From Octopus sinensis (Eukaryota): DNA of 64,000 bases. A program made the translations under genes and the position numbers. Location of the stretch: contig NC_043009.1 in NCBI RefSeq assembly GCF_006345805.1, positions 66,960,001-67,024,000 on the forward strand. The letters run 5' to 3'. Positions within the stretch are counted from its first letter, which is position 1, and the number at the start of each line of letters is the position of its first letter. Under the pieces are notes generated by a model. It had not been told where the DNA came from. It saw only the letters and a list, made by a program, of their open reading frames with translations, and made no database searches. This document shows, piece by piece, positions 43,372-57,229 of the stretch.

Positions 43372-43739
43372 TCTCTATATATATAAACGGCAAAATGTCT
43401 GTCTGTGTGTGTATCCTTTATACAAATCCACAATTTTTCAGTTAGAGGGCTCGCACTTTCTATGGTCATTCAAAACCGTCCAAGGATGGTCGTGCACATC
43501 TTTACATTTCCCCAGTCACCCCACAAAGCCATTAAAAAATCAATAGAAGTTACTTTTTTGTGAATTTTCTATCTAAAACCCAATCAAAATTCCCGAAACT
43601 TGATACGCCAATTGAATGCCAGCTAGCTGTATGTGATTGGTCGGAGATTTGGACAGTACTCGCGTGTATGTGCGCACGCACGCAGCCGTATATGCATGCA
43701 CTAGCACTATGACCCGGCAAAGCTGGGTCATAGTGCTAG
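43372..43739 (+). mobile_element. Complete non-autonomous Helitron
   Basis: A|TC...CTAG|T termini, no TSD, 3' hairpin gacccggcaaagctgggtc. A second copy lies at 57533-57871. Confidence 0.85.
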
Positions 43740-45277
43740 TATGAAATAAAGTGCCTTGCTCAAGGATACAATGTTCAGCTCGGTCCTCGCATACAACCCT
43801 ATCCTGAAAATGGTATCCCTCTCAACCAGTTCAGACAAACGTAAAACAATTTTTTCATCTTCATTTTGAAATTCTAGAGAACCAGGTGACACGCCTTCAC
43901 ACGGTTTCGTGCAAGTTTGTGATTGAAATATATTCATTGAAAAATGGTGTGGGTGTGTGGGTAGGTATTAATGTGTGTGTATATTCATGTGTGTGAATGT
44001 GTATTTGTAGTGTGTGGGCGTATGTATGTGTATGTGGGCGGCGGCGGTGGTGACGTCATAGTCGTTATTTGGCCACAATTCAGGGTCCTGATTAAACAGA
44101 CTGTTATGCTAAGTTGGTGGAAAGACCAAGAACAACGTAACTGACTAATCCATGTTCCACATGTACTCACTAATCCATGTTCCACATGTGCTATTTCCCT
44201 CGTAGTTAAGGATCACACAGTGAACCACGACATTCAAGGGGTTTTGTCTTGTGTGACGTGACGCTTCTCGTGTGACAGTCCGGTGTATGTTGAATTCTAT
44301 TCCCTGTGCAGCAGTCTCTTCCTGTATGCCAGATGTTTCATCCACAGGTCAGATCTATGACCAATTGGCCCTTTCTTTTGCTTCTAACGGTCTGCCCTCA
44401 TTATTTCGACCGCTAGGTCACTTCCTCTCACATACCTCGAGACCCTACAAAAAGGGTCAAAACCGTCCGTCCTTTATTCTTTGACTGAAGCAATAAAAAA
44501 AAAAGAACTTTTAAGGAAATTCTAATCGTGGGGCTCTTTCATCTTTTATTCTTTTACTTGTTTCTGTCATTGAACTGCGGCCATGCTGGAGTACCGCCTT
44601 GAAGAATTTAATCAAACAAATCGACTCCAGAACTTATTTACTAAAGTTTGGTATTTTTTCTATCGGTCTCTTTTGCCGAACCGATAAGTTGTAGGGGCAA
44701 AAACAAACCAATACCAGTTCTGAAATGGTGGTAGGGCAGACACAAATAGAAACACGAACGCGTGTTTGCATATACGACGGGCTTCCATACAAACAAGGAC
44801 GGGTCATTCGAAGCCTTTTATCTTCAGTCTAGCGGAAGCAACAATGGCTCAAAGTCCAAGAATTTCGCGCGTTAGCACTTATCAAACATTCACACACACA
44901 CATACACACACACACACACACATGCACGCACACACACACACACACACACATACACACACACACACACACACATACGCGCGCGTAGACATATATAGGGATG
45001 TCATTAGAGTTGTCTTCCTTTGTAAATTCCTAGCTGCTCATGTATGTACGCATTTGCATGCGCAGTGACCGATGGGCTGTCGCAAATTTAGAGAAAATTT
45101 TTCATGTATCGATAGGATAAGATTTGTGAATTCCGATACAGAATTATAAATCTTGGATCGGCTTCTTGACCGGAGCCGACCTGGGACGAGACGACAATGA
45201 CAAATCGTTCCCATGCTTCCATGTTTACTGTTTGTTACTGAAAATAATATTTACAGAAGATTATACATCCACCAGAA

Positions 45278-45315
<38 letters not shown>

Positions 45316-45413
45316 CTATATCAACATACGGGGTCATTTCAGAGCAATTAATTATCAGCAGCTTCCTCTGTTTAAACTAATTAAAAGGCATTTTATTTCT
45401 TTCAGATTCCCCC

Positions 45414-46514
45414 ATGACAGGTAAAATGGTTACACTAGAAATGAAAAGACATGCAGCCATCTTTACCACATGTGCAGAACACGGCGAATTAAGAACTGTC
45501 AACTTTTGTACACAAAGTTTGGATGGAATTAGAAGACTGGTGGGAATATTTCAAGAGTATCGAAGAGGAAAAATATATTCTAATCATTTGGACACTATAA
45601 GGACACCGCAATTCATCCAACGGATTCGAGTTATTATCGATGATGACCCAGAAAAGTGATGAGGGACAAAGCCAAAGAACTTCAGGTGTCGGAGTGTGGT
45701 TCAAGAGGGCATTGGATACAAGTCGTATGTTCTGAGGAGAAGCTTTAGCTAAACATATACGAAGTAAAAGGTAGAATGGTGCCTTTGATTAGAAGTCTGT
45801 AGGATCAGAGATGACCAAGGGTTGTACAACAAATCCTCTACACACCTCTCAATTAAAATTGCAGTATGTGAATCCAAAAGAAAATCAAGAAATTAATCTT
45901 AGGGGTCAATTCATGCTTGCAAAGACAGAGGAAAACAGTTTCAGCCGCACTAAGCGGTTACTTGACCAAGTTAAAGGCCTTCAAAAACATAGCATGCTTT
46001 GGCTTTAGTCTGAGAAAAACTTCGATCAAGACAAAAATCTAACAGGAAACATGACAGACGGCTATGCGCAGACCCTTTTCATGTCCCGAGGGTAATGCAC
46101 ACAAAGTTTCTAGTGATTGTGATGGTTTTAGGAATGATGAGTGATGAAGGTCATGCCACGCCACCTCACATCTTTCCACACGGTTTCGCCATTAATACTG
46201 CTGGATGCGTTGAAGGCGCTGGAGACAGTTGTTAAGCCCTTGATGGACGAAGTATGCAGTGGTCTTCTCATAAAGTCCACGCAACCCAAGAATGGATGTA
46301 AGACAAACTTTATAACATTAAACGTAGTCTCAACATTCCAGGACGATTATGTTTAGAGCATTGGTGGAAGGGAGACCAATCGACATTTTCATTGAAGGCA
46401 ACCGTTGCCCGGATGATGTCCGAAATGAAGAACAACCCTTCCGTGCAGTCATGTCAACGGCTCCGGCCCCGCATTGAGGCAGCCATCGAAGCTGAAGACG
46501 GATTCCTAGAACAA
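45414..46514 (+). mobile_element. Degenerate Tc1/mariner transposase, maT/DD37D-like
   Basis: DTIRTPQFIQ, YKSYVLRR..GQFM, SEKNFDQD, VPRVMHTKF, ALETVVKP, RETNRHFH, RLRPRIEAAIEAEDGFLE. Subfamily is assigned from remembered motif similarity; the catalytic spacing cannot be counted because of deletions. Confidence 0.75.
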
Positions 46515-46659
46515 TTATATAAGAAAACATATTGGGGAACAAAAACACACATTTTTTAAATTTAAATACATTAAGGTTTTTGCTTGGTTACAGTTGTTTA
46601 TTTAAATTACCAAATACATCTCGCCCCTTTTGTATACATACATACATTTGCTTATCATT

Positions 46660-46947
46660 TATTTATTTATTTATGCGCCCTTTTCAAGCCTATCCAGGCT
46701 CATGGGTCCAGTTTCCCAGTTTCTGTGGTGTATGTGTCCCCCCCCCCCAGCTGGACGGGACGCCAGTCCATCGCAGCGTTACTCAAGAAACAGGAAGAGA
46801 GAAAGTTGGGGCGAAAGAGTACAACAGGGGTCACCGGAACCTCGTAGAGCTTTTAGGTGTTTTCGCTCAATAAACACACACACAACGCCCGGTCTGGGAG
46901 TCGAAACCGCGAGTCCGCTGCCCTAACGACTGGGCCATTGCGCCTCC
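46660..46947 (-). mobile_element. tRNA-derived SINE
   Basis: Reverse-oriented close homologue of 48982-49300, with a (TAAA)n tail. Confidence 0.8.
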
Positions 46948-46959
46948 TATGTGTGTGTG

Positions 46960-47320
46960 TATTAAAATGAGGTAGTTTTTGTGAAGCATTGGGGTATAAT
47001 TTAAAGAATGCAGTTGTTTAAAGTCGGAGCAATGCGAGACGGTACAAAGTAAAGTACAAACTGAAAAGAAAACAGGACAAAGTTTCTCCTTGTATTTCTA
47101 TATTTCGGAGTGAAGACCCCTTCTTCAGGACATTCGGGAAAACGGTGGCTGGAGGTGTATTGCTCAGAAGTGGGAGGAGGAAGGTGACATGCGCGGACGG
47201 CCGTTGCTATAGCAACCAGTCTGCTTCGTATAATCCCTTCCTGTTGTTAATGGCTGGTTTCGATTCGTTTATAAGAAGGTAAAACTTCGTTCTATTTTCT
47301 TTTCAATTTGTATGTTCCGG
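46960..47320 (-). mobile_element. Probable PLE pseudo-LTR fragment with a partly decayed hammerhead
   Basis: Minus strand atgtc-CTGAAGA-a-gggg/ctcc-GAAA-tata-gaaat at ~47095-47135. Confidence 0.45.
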
Positions 47321-47339
47321 CTTTACACAACCACATTCT

Positions 47340-47389
<50 letters not shown>

Positions 47390-47899
47390 CGTATGCATTC
47401 GTGCATGTTCACACACGTGCACTTATAACTGCATAAATTCAAATACGTACTCATAAACACACACACACACATATATATATATGCGCATATATTTACATAC
47501 ATACACACACATATCCATATACACGCATGTGCATATGCATCCATGCATACACATACATGCCTACATATCCTCATTCAGACCTCGTATTCATGTATGTATG
47601 TATATCTGAAGCAGCAACATATTATTTTTTATACGTTCGCTCCCGATACTGGCATGGGTTAGACGTTTCGACAGCGTGTCTTGCTGCAGGGTCTCAGTTG
47701 AGGCCTGCTTCCCACGGCAGGGTGCTCCTCCTAACACCGACCATTCCACAGAATGTACTCAATACTTTTATGGCGACACCAGCATCAGTGAGGTTGCTGA
47801 GATGGGAGGTTCTGTTCGAGGTATGCAAATTACCAAATGTGTGCAAGAAGGCTAGAGATAAATGAAACAAATGTAGACGATGGTAAATAAGGGCGGGTG

Positions 47900-48300
47900 T
47901 TAGGATAGGCTCAAGGGAGAATCAGGGTGTCTGGATGAGAAGAAAAACAGTTGTAGACCCAATGAATTTTCATCTTCTCTGCGAGGTCCAACATCCTGAG
48001 ATTGGCCTTCACCACCTCTTCCCGAGGTTCCGTCCACTGAAAGAGATCGACACTTCTTTATACAACACTCCCCGTCCACATTGCATCACAGCCAAATCAA
48101 ACAAGTTTTCTTTTTGGCACATTAGATCCGATTTTTCTTATATCCAGTTTTTGCTCTCAATAAACTTGTACTTGGTCATTCATGCACAGATACTGCGCTT
48201 CTGTAGCGCATGCTTACCTCATTTCTTCCGAGTTTCCTCAGGTCCCTTGCTTTCACGTCCCACATCTCAAACGGCCATCATACAATTTGCCTTTCACCTG
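47900..48300 (-). mobile_element. RTE-like LINE ORF2 C-terminal fragment
   Basis: VKGKLYD..WDVKARDLRKLGRNEVSM and EEVVKANLRMLDLAEKM. Confidence 0.7.
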
Positions 48301-48981
48301 TGAAGCATTTTGCCACCAAAAGAACTGGTAACTCCTTAATCTTTCTCTGGCTGCTATATTTTTAGAACATCCTCTAACGCGCTAATTAGCTACCGTCAAG
48401 TGAGCTAATTAACACGATGGTAGGGATGGGTAGGTATTAATAGGGACTGGAAAAAAAACATACATTGCATATCAATAATAAGCTAGTTTAAAGCAGCGAG
48501 CTGGCAGAACCGTTAGCGCGCCGGACAAAATGTTTAGCGACATTTCGTCCGTCTTGAAGTTCTGAGTTCAATTTTGCTTTTCATCCTTTCGGGGTCGATA
48601 AAATAAGGACCAGTTGAAGACTGGGGGGGGGGGGGGTGTAATCGACTTAAACCCTCCTCGGGAACTGCTGGCCTTGTGCTAAAATCTGAAACCAATATTA
48701 AGCCAGCTGGCATTTTATTGCTGGGAAAACTTTATTTAATTGACACTAATGTTCACACTTTAGAGACATTATTGCAGAGTTTGAAATTTGATATTAGCAA
48801 ACAAGAAAGGAGGTTAAATATCCGCGAGACAAATTTTTAAATTACGTTTGTAAGGGAATTCTGAATTCCGTTTGTCATCTGATCTTATTGCGTACGACAT
48901 TGTGCATATTACGCACATACGGTTTCGTCAGACATGTGGGTGTATATATATATGTTTATGTCTCAATATATTTACGTGTTT

Positions 48982-49300
48982 GGAGGCACAATGGCCCAGT
49001 GGTTAGGACAGCAGACTCGCGATCGGAGGATCGTAGTTTCGATTCCCAGACCGGGCGTTGTGTGTGTTTATTGAGTGAAAACACCAAAGGCTCCACGTGG
49101 TTCCGGCAGGGGGTGGTGGCGACCCCTGTTGTACTCTTTTGCCCCAACTTTTTCTCACTCTCTCTCTCTTCCTGTTTCTTGAGTAACGCTGCGACGGACT
49201 GGCGTCCCGTCCAGCTGGGGGGAACACATACGCCACAGAAACCGGGAAATCGGGCCCATGAGCCTTGCTAGGCTTGAAAAGGGCGCATAAATAAATAAAA
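48982..49300 (+). mobile_element. Full-length tRNA-derived SINE
   Basis: A-box tggcccagtggttag, B-box tttcgattccc, 3' gggcgcataaataaataaaa tail. Confidence 0.85.
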
Positions 49301-49857
49301 TATTTACGTGTATGTATACTTACACTTGTATATAGACACAGATCTACACACAGCCATGTGAAGATAAGGCAAGATGTGATCCCGCAGATCCCAACGACAT
49401 CACAAGTATGGTCAAGTAGCGCTGAAAAAGAATTCTGAAAAAGACTGGATGCTCGTGTCATTGGTCATCGATACATTTTCAATCAGAGCTAACCTGACGC
49501 CTGCACGATATTTAGATTGGATGAACCAAGGATTATTTCATTCTCCCTATCTTTTACTTGCTCCTTTCAGTCGGCTGCAGTCATGCTGGAGCACCGCCTA
49601 GAAGAGTTTTAGTCAAACAAATCGACCCAGTTTAATATTTTATAAAAGCCTGGTATATATTGTCGATATATTCTTTTTTACTTGTTTCAGTCATTTGACT
49701 GTGGCCATGGTGGAGCACCGCCTTTAGTCGAGCAAATCGAGCCCCAGGACTTATTCTTTGTAAGCCTAGTACTTATTCTATCGGTATCTTTTGTCGGGGA
49801 CGTAAACACACCAACATCGGTTGTCAAGCGAGTTTGGCGGGGGGAGGAGACAAACAC

Positions 49858-50048
49858 AGTGGCACCTGTGCAGGTGGCACGTAAAAATCACCCACTACAC
49901 TCACGGAGTGGTTGGCGTTAGGAAGGGCATCCAGCTGTAGAAACACTGCCAGATCAGACTGGAGCCTGGTGCAGCCTCCTGGCTTCCCAGACCCCAGTTG
50001 AACCGTCCAACCCATGCTAGCATGGAAAACGGACGTTAAACGATGATG
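49858..50048 (+). mobile_element. LINE 3'-UTR-type repeat ending in a (GAT)n tail
   Basis: Near-identical copy at 63420-63600 (ggagtggttggcgttaggaagggcatccagctgtagaaac...). Confidence 0.7.
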
Positions 50049-53000
50049 ATATATATACGGCGGGCTTCTTTCCACTCACAAGGCTTTGGTCAGCCCGAGG
50101 CTATAGTAGAAGACACTTGCCCAAGGTGCCACGCAGTGGCACTGAACCGGAACCAAGCGGTTCGCCGAACTATTAGGTCACGGGGAGATGAACGCACCAA
50201 CAGCAGTTGTAAAGCAGCAGTGGGGGACAAAAGCAGACACAACCACCCATATATACACGACGGGCTTCTTTCAGATTCCATCTACCAACCCTCTCACAAA
50301 AGCATTAGTTGACCTGGGGCTTTGGTAGAGGACACTTACCTAAAGTGCCATGCAGTCGGACTGAACCAGGAACCCATGTGGTTAGGAAGCCGACTTCTTA
50401 CCACACAGCAAGAATAATCTCATATTCCTTATGACCAAAACACATCGCCATCAACCGTGATTTGCATCTCAGACTTGTCAATGAAACACCAGCAACCGAC
50501 ATTTCAGCAGTCGTAACTTGTGAAGCTAAGTGATAGCTCCTAATAAAAAATATTCAACGAATTAAGGAAAATTACCTAATTATTAATCAAGTTCATTTTG
50601 CAACCACGTGGTTTCGGATTCAGCCTCACTACAAGACACCTTAGGCTATAACCCTGGGTCAACTAACACCAAGTGAATTTGGACGGAAACTGTGCAGAAG
50701 CCTCCTATCGTGTGCGTTTGTCAGTTTCTCCCCCCCCCCCAACCACCTACAGCTTGACACCAGGTCAGGCAGAAGTGATGCATTCGACTAAACCCTTTAA
50801 AGCAGTGTTTCCAGCATGGCTGCAGTCTAATGACTGAAACTAGTAAAAGATACCCACCCACCCCAAAAAAAAAAAATGATTTGTTAGACTGGGGAAAGGG
50901 AGTATGTTTTTAAGCCCTTTTCAACCTTTGTTTTTAAGTCCCTGTGTATGCATTCAGCAGATTGTACAGAAACCCCAGATCTGTCCCCACAACTTTGAAT
51001 TTGAAGTTGTAGAGCAGTTCAAGATTAATTAGAATTGCAGAAATGTTAATTATTACTCTGGTTTTGAAAGGTCAATATACGCGTGGCTGTGTGGTAAGAA
51101 GCTTGCTTCCCAAGCACATAGTTCGAGGTTCAGTCCCACTGCGTGGCATCTCAGGCGTCTTCTACCATAGCCTCAGGCTGACCAAAGCCTTGGGTGGAAT
51201 TGGTAGATGGAAACTGAAAGAAGCCCATCATGAATATGTGTGTGTGTACTCCATCACTTGACAACCGATGTTGGTGTGCGTACGTCCCTATAAATTAACA
51301 GTTCAGCAAAAGAGACCGAGAGAATAATTACTAGGCTTAGAAAGAAAATGTCCTGGGGTTGATTTCTTCAACTAAAAACTCTTTAAGTCAGTGCTCCAGC
51401 AGGGTTGCAGGCAAACGACTGAAAGAGATAAAAGGTTGTAGACCAAATATTTACCATAATATTAAAAGGGAGCATTGATAACAATCTGACACTGATCTCC
51501 CAGCACAAGATGTGAAATGGAATTTGTCACAAAAGTGTATCAGCAGTTTTGCTGCCACATGCCGAGGGACCTTTCAGAAAGTTCATTCTTCTTGGTTAAT
51601 TTCTTATCATCAACCAATTAGCAATACTTTAGCATTCAGCTGTCTTTGAGAATTTTGTCTTACTCATTTTCGCCTTTTTTTTTTTTTTTTTTTGCATGGT
51701 ATGTTGTTTTAGATTTTGCCAATATTTGTAACAGATCTCCAGTCAGAATTATAACTTATTCCTTGTATTACAGAGGACTGAGAAATAATCAACTGAGCAA
51801 ATTCCTTCTTGCATGTGTAACATTAACTTGCAAAGAGGTCATGCAAGTCAGAAAAGGAGGGGGAAAAACACTTTTAACCAATCCACACGTGTAATGTTTT
51901 ACCTGGCTTTTTTTTTTTATTTTGTCATTGCATGGCAACCATTCTGTGGCATCATCGTGAAGGGTTTAGTTCAACAAACCAACCCTGCACTTATTTTATC
52001 AGCCATTTTTGCCTACTGAATAATTACAAGGACATAAACAAACCAATACCAGTTGTGAAGCAATGATGGCAGACAAATATATATATGATGGGCTTCTTTC
52101 AGTTTCTGTCTACGAAATCTACTCACAAAGCCTTGGTCAGCTCAGGGCTATATAGAAGAAGACTTTGGCAAGGTGCCATGCACTGGGACTGAACCTGAAA
52201 CCACACTGCTGGGAAGCAAGCTTCTTACTTACACAGCCAAGCCTAGATGGGAGGTGTGGTACAGAGAAAGACAGGAAGCCAAGCATGAAGTTGATCAGGT
52301 TTCATAGCAGGACCAATAAGCGTGACAGATTCAGCTGTGGGAATATCATTACAATCAGATTACAAATACACTGAACCATTTCACTCACTTCAAAAGGGAA
52401 AATAAATCCAATTTACTGCAGCAAAAATAGATTTCAGCAACACTGACCAATGGAATAAAACATTTGTTTCTTTGAAAACTTCTTGGGTTTTAAGTTACCG
52501 ATTCTAAATATTATCGACTTTAATTTTGCTTATACAGCACACCTTTATATGCTGTATCTACTTGTACACTTAAGGACCCCAATTACACCTTACAATTTTG
52601 ACACCATGAAAACTAAACCCATCCTTGGCTATTATTTGAAGCCCAATTCCAAGTAAACCCGCTTTTACAGTATCCCTTCCATTTATCTATTTCGAAAGTA
52701 AAACAACTTTATCAAAACGATGACACTGTCAATTAGCTGCTTTCAGTTTAAAATACAGAGCACTGCATAAGAAGCCTACAGTTAATTAGAAGACAATGTA
52801 AAATCGATTTCACACACTACTTTTTCTGGAGCTTTCTTGCAGCAGATCTTAATCAGCCAGCAGCACACCCCTCTCCCTCCCCTGACAGCCAGTTTTATAT
52901 CCTGTCGACAACTTGTCTTGGCATGCCTCAAACTTTTCTGGAAAGTAATCTTCAATAACTGCAGAGCATTAATGGACCTTGAATCTTTTGCAGTCAGATT

Positions 53001-53127
53001 ACTCTGCCAAATATACATTTTTCATTCAAATTGTTTTAAAATCATTATGCATTATTTTGTAGCTTAGAATCTGGCAGATTAGACCATAAAACAGGAGGCA
53101 TATTTGGGTGGGATACACCCAGTTTAA

Positions 53128-53347
53128 CCCATTAGTGTTTAAACTGGCCATATCTGGCCCAGATATTCTACATATTTTATATTCAAACTGGCAATATCTA
53201 GCCTCTCACACCTACCCGACAATGTCATTCTAAATATAAACAATCACATCATTGAAACCTCAAAGCTATAAGATAATGCATGATTAATTCAAAACAATTT
53301 GAGTGGAAAAGTATTACATTTAACAGAGTAATCTGAACACTAAAGGG
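53128..53347. mobile_element. piggyBac-like MITE
   Basis: TTAA on both sides; TIRs cccattagtgtt / aacactaaaggg (11 of 12 match). Confidence 0.85.
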
Positions 53348-56300
53348 TTAAATGCTAGAGAGTTAATATTCAAAGCAGGCCCAATTGACTTAAGCTTGAC
53401 ATGTTTTTGACAGAAACTAAAACAAAAACCTCACACAGGTCTCAGTGCTGTCTCATGTAACACTAAAATGGAGATCTTTTAGCTCCGATATAATGGAACC
53501 ATACAAAATAGGAAAGTTTTTTTTATCCTTGCTTCACATTTTCCCATTCTCAGGCCAGAGTTTTTGCTGCATAATTAGCCTGAATCAGATGTAGCTACAT
53601 CAACTGACCTCAGCTCACATGCTGAAAAAACAGATTAATAATTACCTTCTATCAAAATAAATCAATTCATTTACAGCTAATAGAGCAAATTTGATGAGCA
53701 CCCTAGAATAGAACTAAGGCTCCATAATGTAAGGTGTAACCAGCAATCCATAACTTCAACAGGTAAACAGATCAGACTATAAAAGGAAAGACAAGATCTC
53801 CAAAGGTGAAACTGCCAAACAGTATGATTAGAATCAATGCCCCAAGAATGGGTCCAACTTTTTAAGAAATCGAAATGCATTTGGCCAGTGTAATCCAAAT
53901 TCTGAAGTTTACCAAAATCAAAAAAAGAAAAAAAAAAGTTCGGTTCCACTGATTTTAACAAAAATAAAGCAATCAGTATTTTAAATATTTAAAATAATCA
54001 AGAATTTGAAAGGTTTAGCAAAATATTTTTATTATTATTTTTTTTATTGGTAATATTAAGCTGGTGTTTGGAATACAACTTAATAAAATAAAAGATTCTT
54101 ACATAAGCCTTTATCTACTAAAATCTTGGTGATATTTCGAATTCTTGACCAATATCTTATATTACATGAAAGATAGCAATTTAAAATGAGCAGTCTGGGG
54201 TCGGATAGTAAACATGAGGGGGCTGGTATCAAAAGGGTTAAGAAGAAGAAACAAAATACATGTCACCGACAGAATTGCAGGGTGGTATGATGAATAGAGT
54301 TGTGGCTTCATTTAAAAAGATCCCTGCTAAGCAATGAAAAGCTGAATCAGCCGATTTACAGATAAGGTACTGGAAGCAGTAGGAACTTGGTGGAATCCAC
54401 CTTCGATATAAATTAATCAAATACCCGCATTAGTTAAGATGATAAACAGGAAACGCATCGGAGTCGTTTTTCTATCACCTTAAAACCATTTATGAAGTAA
54501 TTAAGGCCTTCCATTTGGCTCCCAGTAAGTTACTGTATATTACTTTACCTTACATGTTTCTGGACATCCAATGCTAAAAATCAGAAATGGATCAAAACAT
54601 CTGCTTTTATAATTTATTCTAAATTTCCTAAGCGAAGCAAAGCCTCTTAATTTCATAACTCCTTTCAACACAACCAGTCACTGAATCTCAAAACAGATTA
54701 CTTTTAGAATTACATGGTTTCCATTTTAAGGGGGAGGGTGGCTTTCTTTTGTTCCAATTCGGCATATGGTATTACATCTTGACCAGTAACCGTGGTATGT
54801 TGAGAAGTTCACTTTTATTTTTTTCTGACAAGCAAAGCAGTGTCAAATGTTATTGGCTCCAACCAAGATGTTACCGCTGGATTTACAGGAATTAAATGCA
54901 ACAAACATTTAATTAAGAAACGGCTGCTAAAATTTAGCAAACAGTTGAGTTATTTTAGAATCAGAGTGCCTGGGCCTGCACTCGCATTTACTGCCAAATA
55001 TGCAAGAAAAAGACAAAATATACAACTAACCTCTTCATTTGAACTAACTCAAATGCAAGCCAATGAGGGAAGCTCCACATATCACTTGGCTTGCTAGATA
55101 CAGTCCCACCATCTTAAGGGGTATTGAACAATTGTAATCTGATATGAAAAAAAGACAAGATGGTCATGGCTGGAATGCCTTTCGTTCATGTCAGTTGCAT
55201 CAGGGTTGGAATGAATAAAAGAGTAGCACAAAAACAAGTGTCATCAGATGGAGAAACATTTCAGAGCTGATATTGAGAAGAGCCCAAAGTTTACTTGAAG
55301 AGCAAAAACTAGGAACAGAAGACTAGGGCAGTCGATTCAGAGCTTCAAACGGAAGGTTGTGTTTTGGCAGGTTTACTTTGGGGTCAGTGTAAAGTGTGGA
55401 CAGTGAAGAGTAGTAATGCACTGACCATGGACACTTATAAAACTGACAAAGAGAGAGTAAAAAGGTGATGGGAAGAGAAAGGAGATGGAGAGGGAGCGCA
55501 TCCATATATTAAGTGGCAGAAGTCGACTAAAAGAGAGCAAAATATGTTTGCAATAATTGTAAAAGAAGCAGAAAATGCAACTCTCTGAAAACATCTAGTT
55601 TTCAATATTAGTTTCAAACCTTGGCACAAGGCCAGCAATTTCTTTTGAGTGGGGCCAGGGAGTCGATTACATCAGCCCCAGTATTCAACTGGTACTTATT
55701 TTTATCAACCCAAAAAGGAAAGAAAGGCAAAGTCAACCTCATGTTTTTAATATTGTTGGCAATGGTTTTACAGGTAAACAGCTATTGCTCCTCTAACACA
55801 CCGACATAAAACCATCAGGGCACCAAGGTAGCTTCAGTTTCATTTCAAACCCCACACACGTGAATACCAGTAAGCTACTAAGGTCAGTTACAACTATCCA
55901 TCCCCACTCTTTATAGAAGTCACACTACACGCCAAAGAAACCCGAATGTCACGTACCAAATAACATCATTACAGGCAGTGGGTTCAGTACGAAGTTCTCG
56001 ATAAACTTGAATTACTCTACACATCTTGATGCTAATGTCTGAAAAAATTGATGCCACAGCTGTTGTTGCTTTGCAGTGACATCAATCACCCCAAGACTGA
56101 ACCCACTGTACTGCGCCTTGGGCATTGCCTGCAGTCTCGGATCAACCAAGATAGCCCAGCTGAAATTTGATGGATGGAAAACCTGGCAGGGTGTACACAT
56201 GTGGCTTTGGACTGACAATAAAATGGGGGAAGGGGGGGCACTGGTCAGAAATGGCCAATTGAGGTTTTGCTCTGCCTCAGATGCTTTGCTGTCCATCTGG

Positions 56301-56667
56301 GTGACCTTGTTACATGAACACCACCAGAAGACAAAAAGCAAAGTTGATAGTGCTGCCCCAACATGGCCACATACTTAAAATTCAAAAAGACAAAGTACAA
56401 CACACACACACACAGAGTAAACGAACAGGTTCTGTCACGTATATATATATATATATATATATATAACTGGTCCTCTTACCGACGACAGAGAGCCAGTAAC
56501 TTTACATACCACCCAGATCTCTGAACCTTTTTGATACCAAATAGAAAAGAAATGATGAATGACAAATGTGCCAAGTGATGACAAAACTAAAATGGAGAAT
56601 ATATAAACAAGACAATATCTAAAATGTTAAAGACCTGAAGACAAAAGCAAGGGAACATTAATCAGAT

Positions 56668-56673
56668 TTTATT
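56668..56673 (-). promoter_or_regulatory. Candidate polyadenylation signal (AATAAA) for SUMO
   Basis: AATAAA on the minus strand about 560 nt after the stop codon, followed by a U-rich tract (ttcccttgcttttgtctt). Confidence 0.45.
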
Positions 56674-57229
56674 TTGTGGAAAAATGATTAGAAAGTACAT
56701 ATATGAGAGTAGCTTAAAATGATTCTAAAATGACTAAATGAAAGTGGTGCTGTGGTGGTTTGGTTGGGTTTTCCTTTTTGTTTTTCTTTCTTTCCCATTT
56801 CATTGTCCTTAATGTATGTTGTGTATGCATGTGGGTGTGGGTGTGTGTGTGTGTGTGCTTGTGGGTGTGTGGTGTGTGTGAGTGTGTGTTCAGTTTTGAA
56901 ATTTTTTTTTGTCTTTTTTTTACTTTTACACCAAAGTGGTGCCGTATATTAACCGGCAGTTCATGGATGCTAATCACTGTGTCGCCAGCAGAGAGACAAA
57001 CACGAAAAAACAAAGTGACAAGAGAACGAGGGAGGGAGAGAGAGAGAGAGAAAAGAGACAAAACAATGACTAGCAACAATAATAGCGGCTTCCCATTCGA
57101 AAAAAAAAAAAAGGAAAAAAAAAGGAACAAAGATGGGCTGCCGGCACAGTGGAGGAGGAGGAGGTGGTGGTGGAGAAGGAGCCAAGAGAGAACTCAACAA
57201 GTACAGAATGATGAAACATGACCACTAGT

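Noticed and set aside
48982-49060. tRNA gene-like A/B boxes (also at 8492, 33088, 36244)
   Set aside because: No complete cloverleaf or acceptor stem; each continues into a shared SINE body and tail.
56076-56378. 100-aa plus-strand ORF and overlapping 109-aa minus-strand ORF
   Set aside because: No homology recognised; position fits SUMO downstream or 3' UTR sequence.
56466-56500. (TA)n-actggt junction like 38527, with a small hairpin
   Set aside because: Only a few shared bases and no hammerhead core; probably coincidence.
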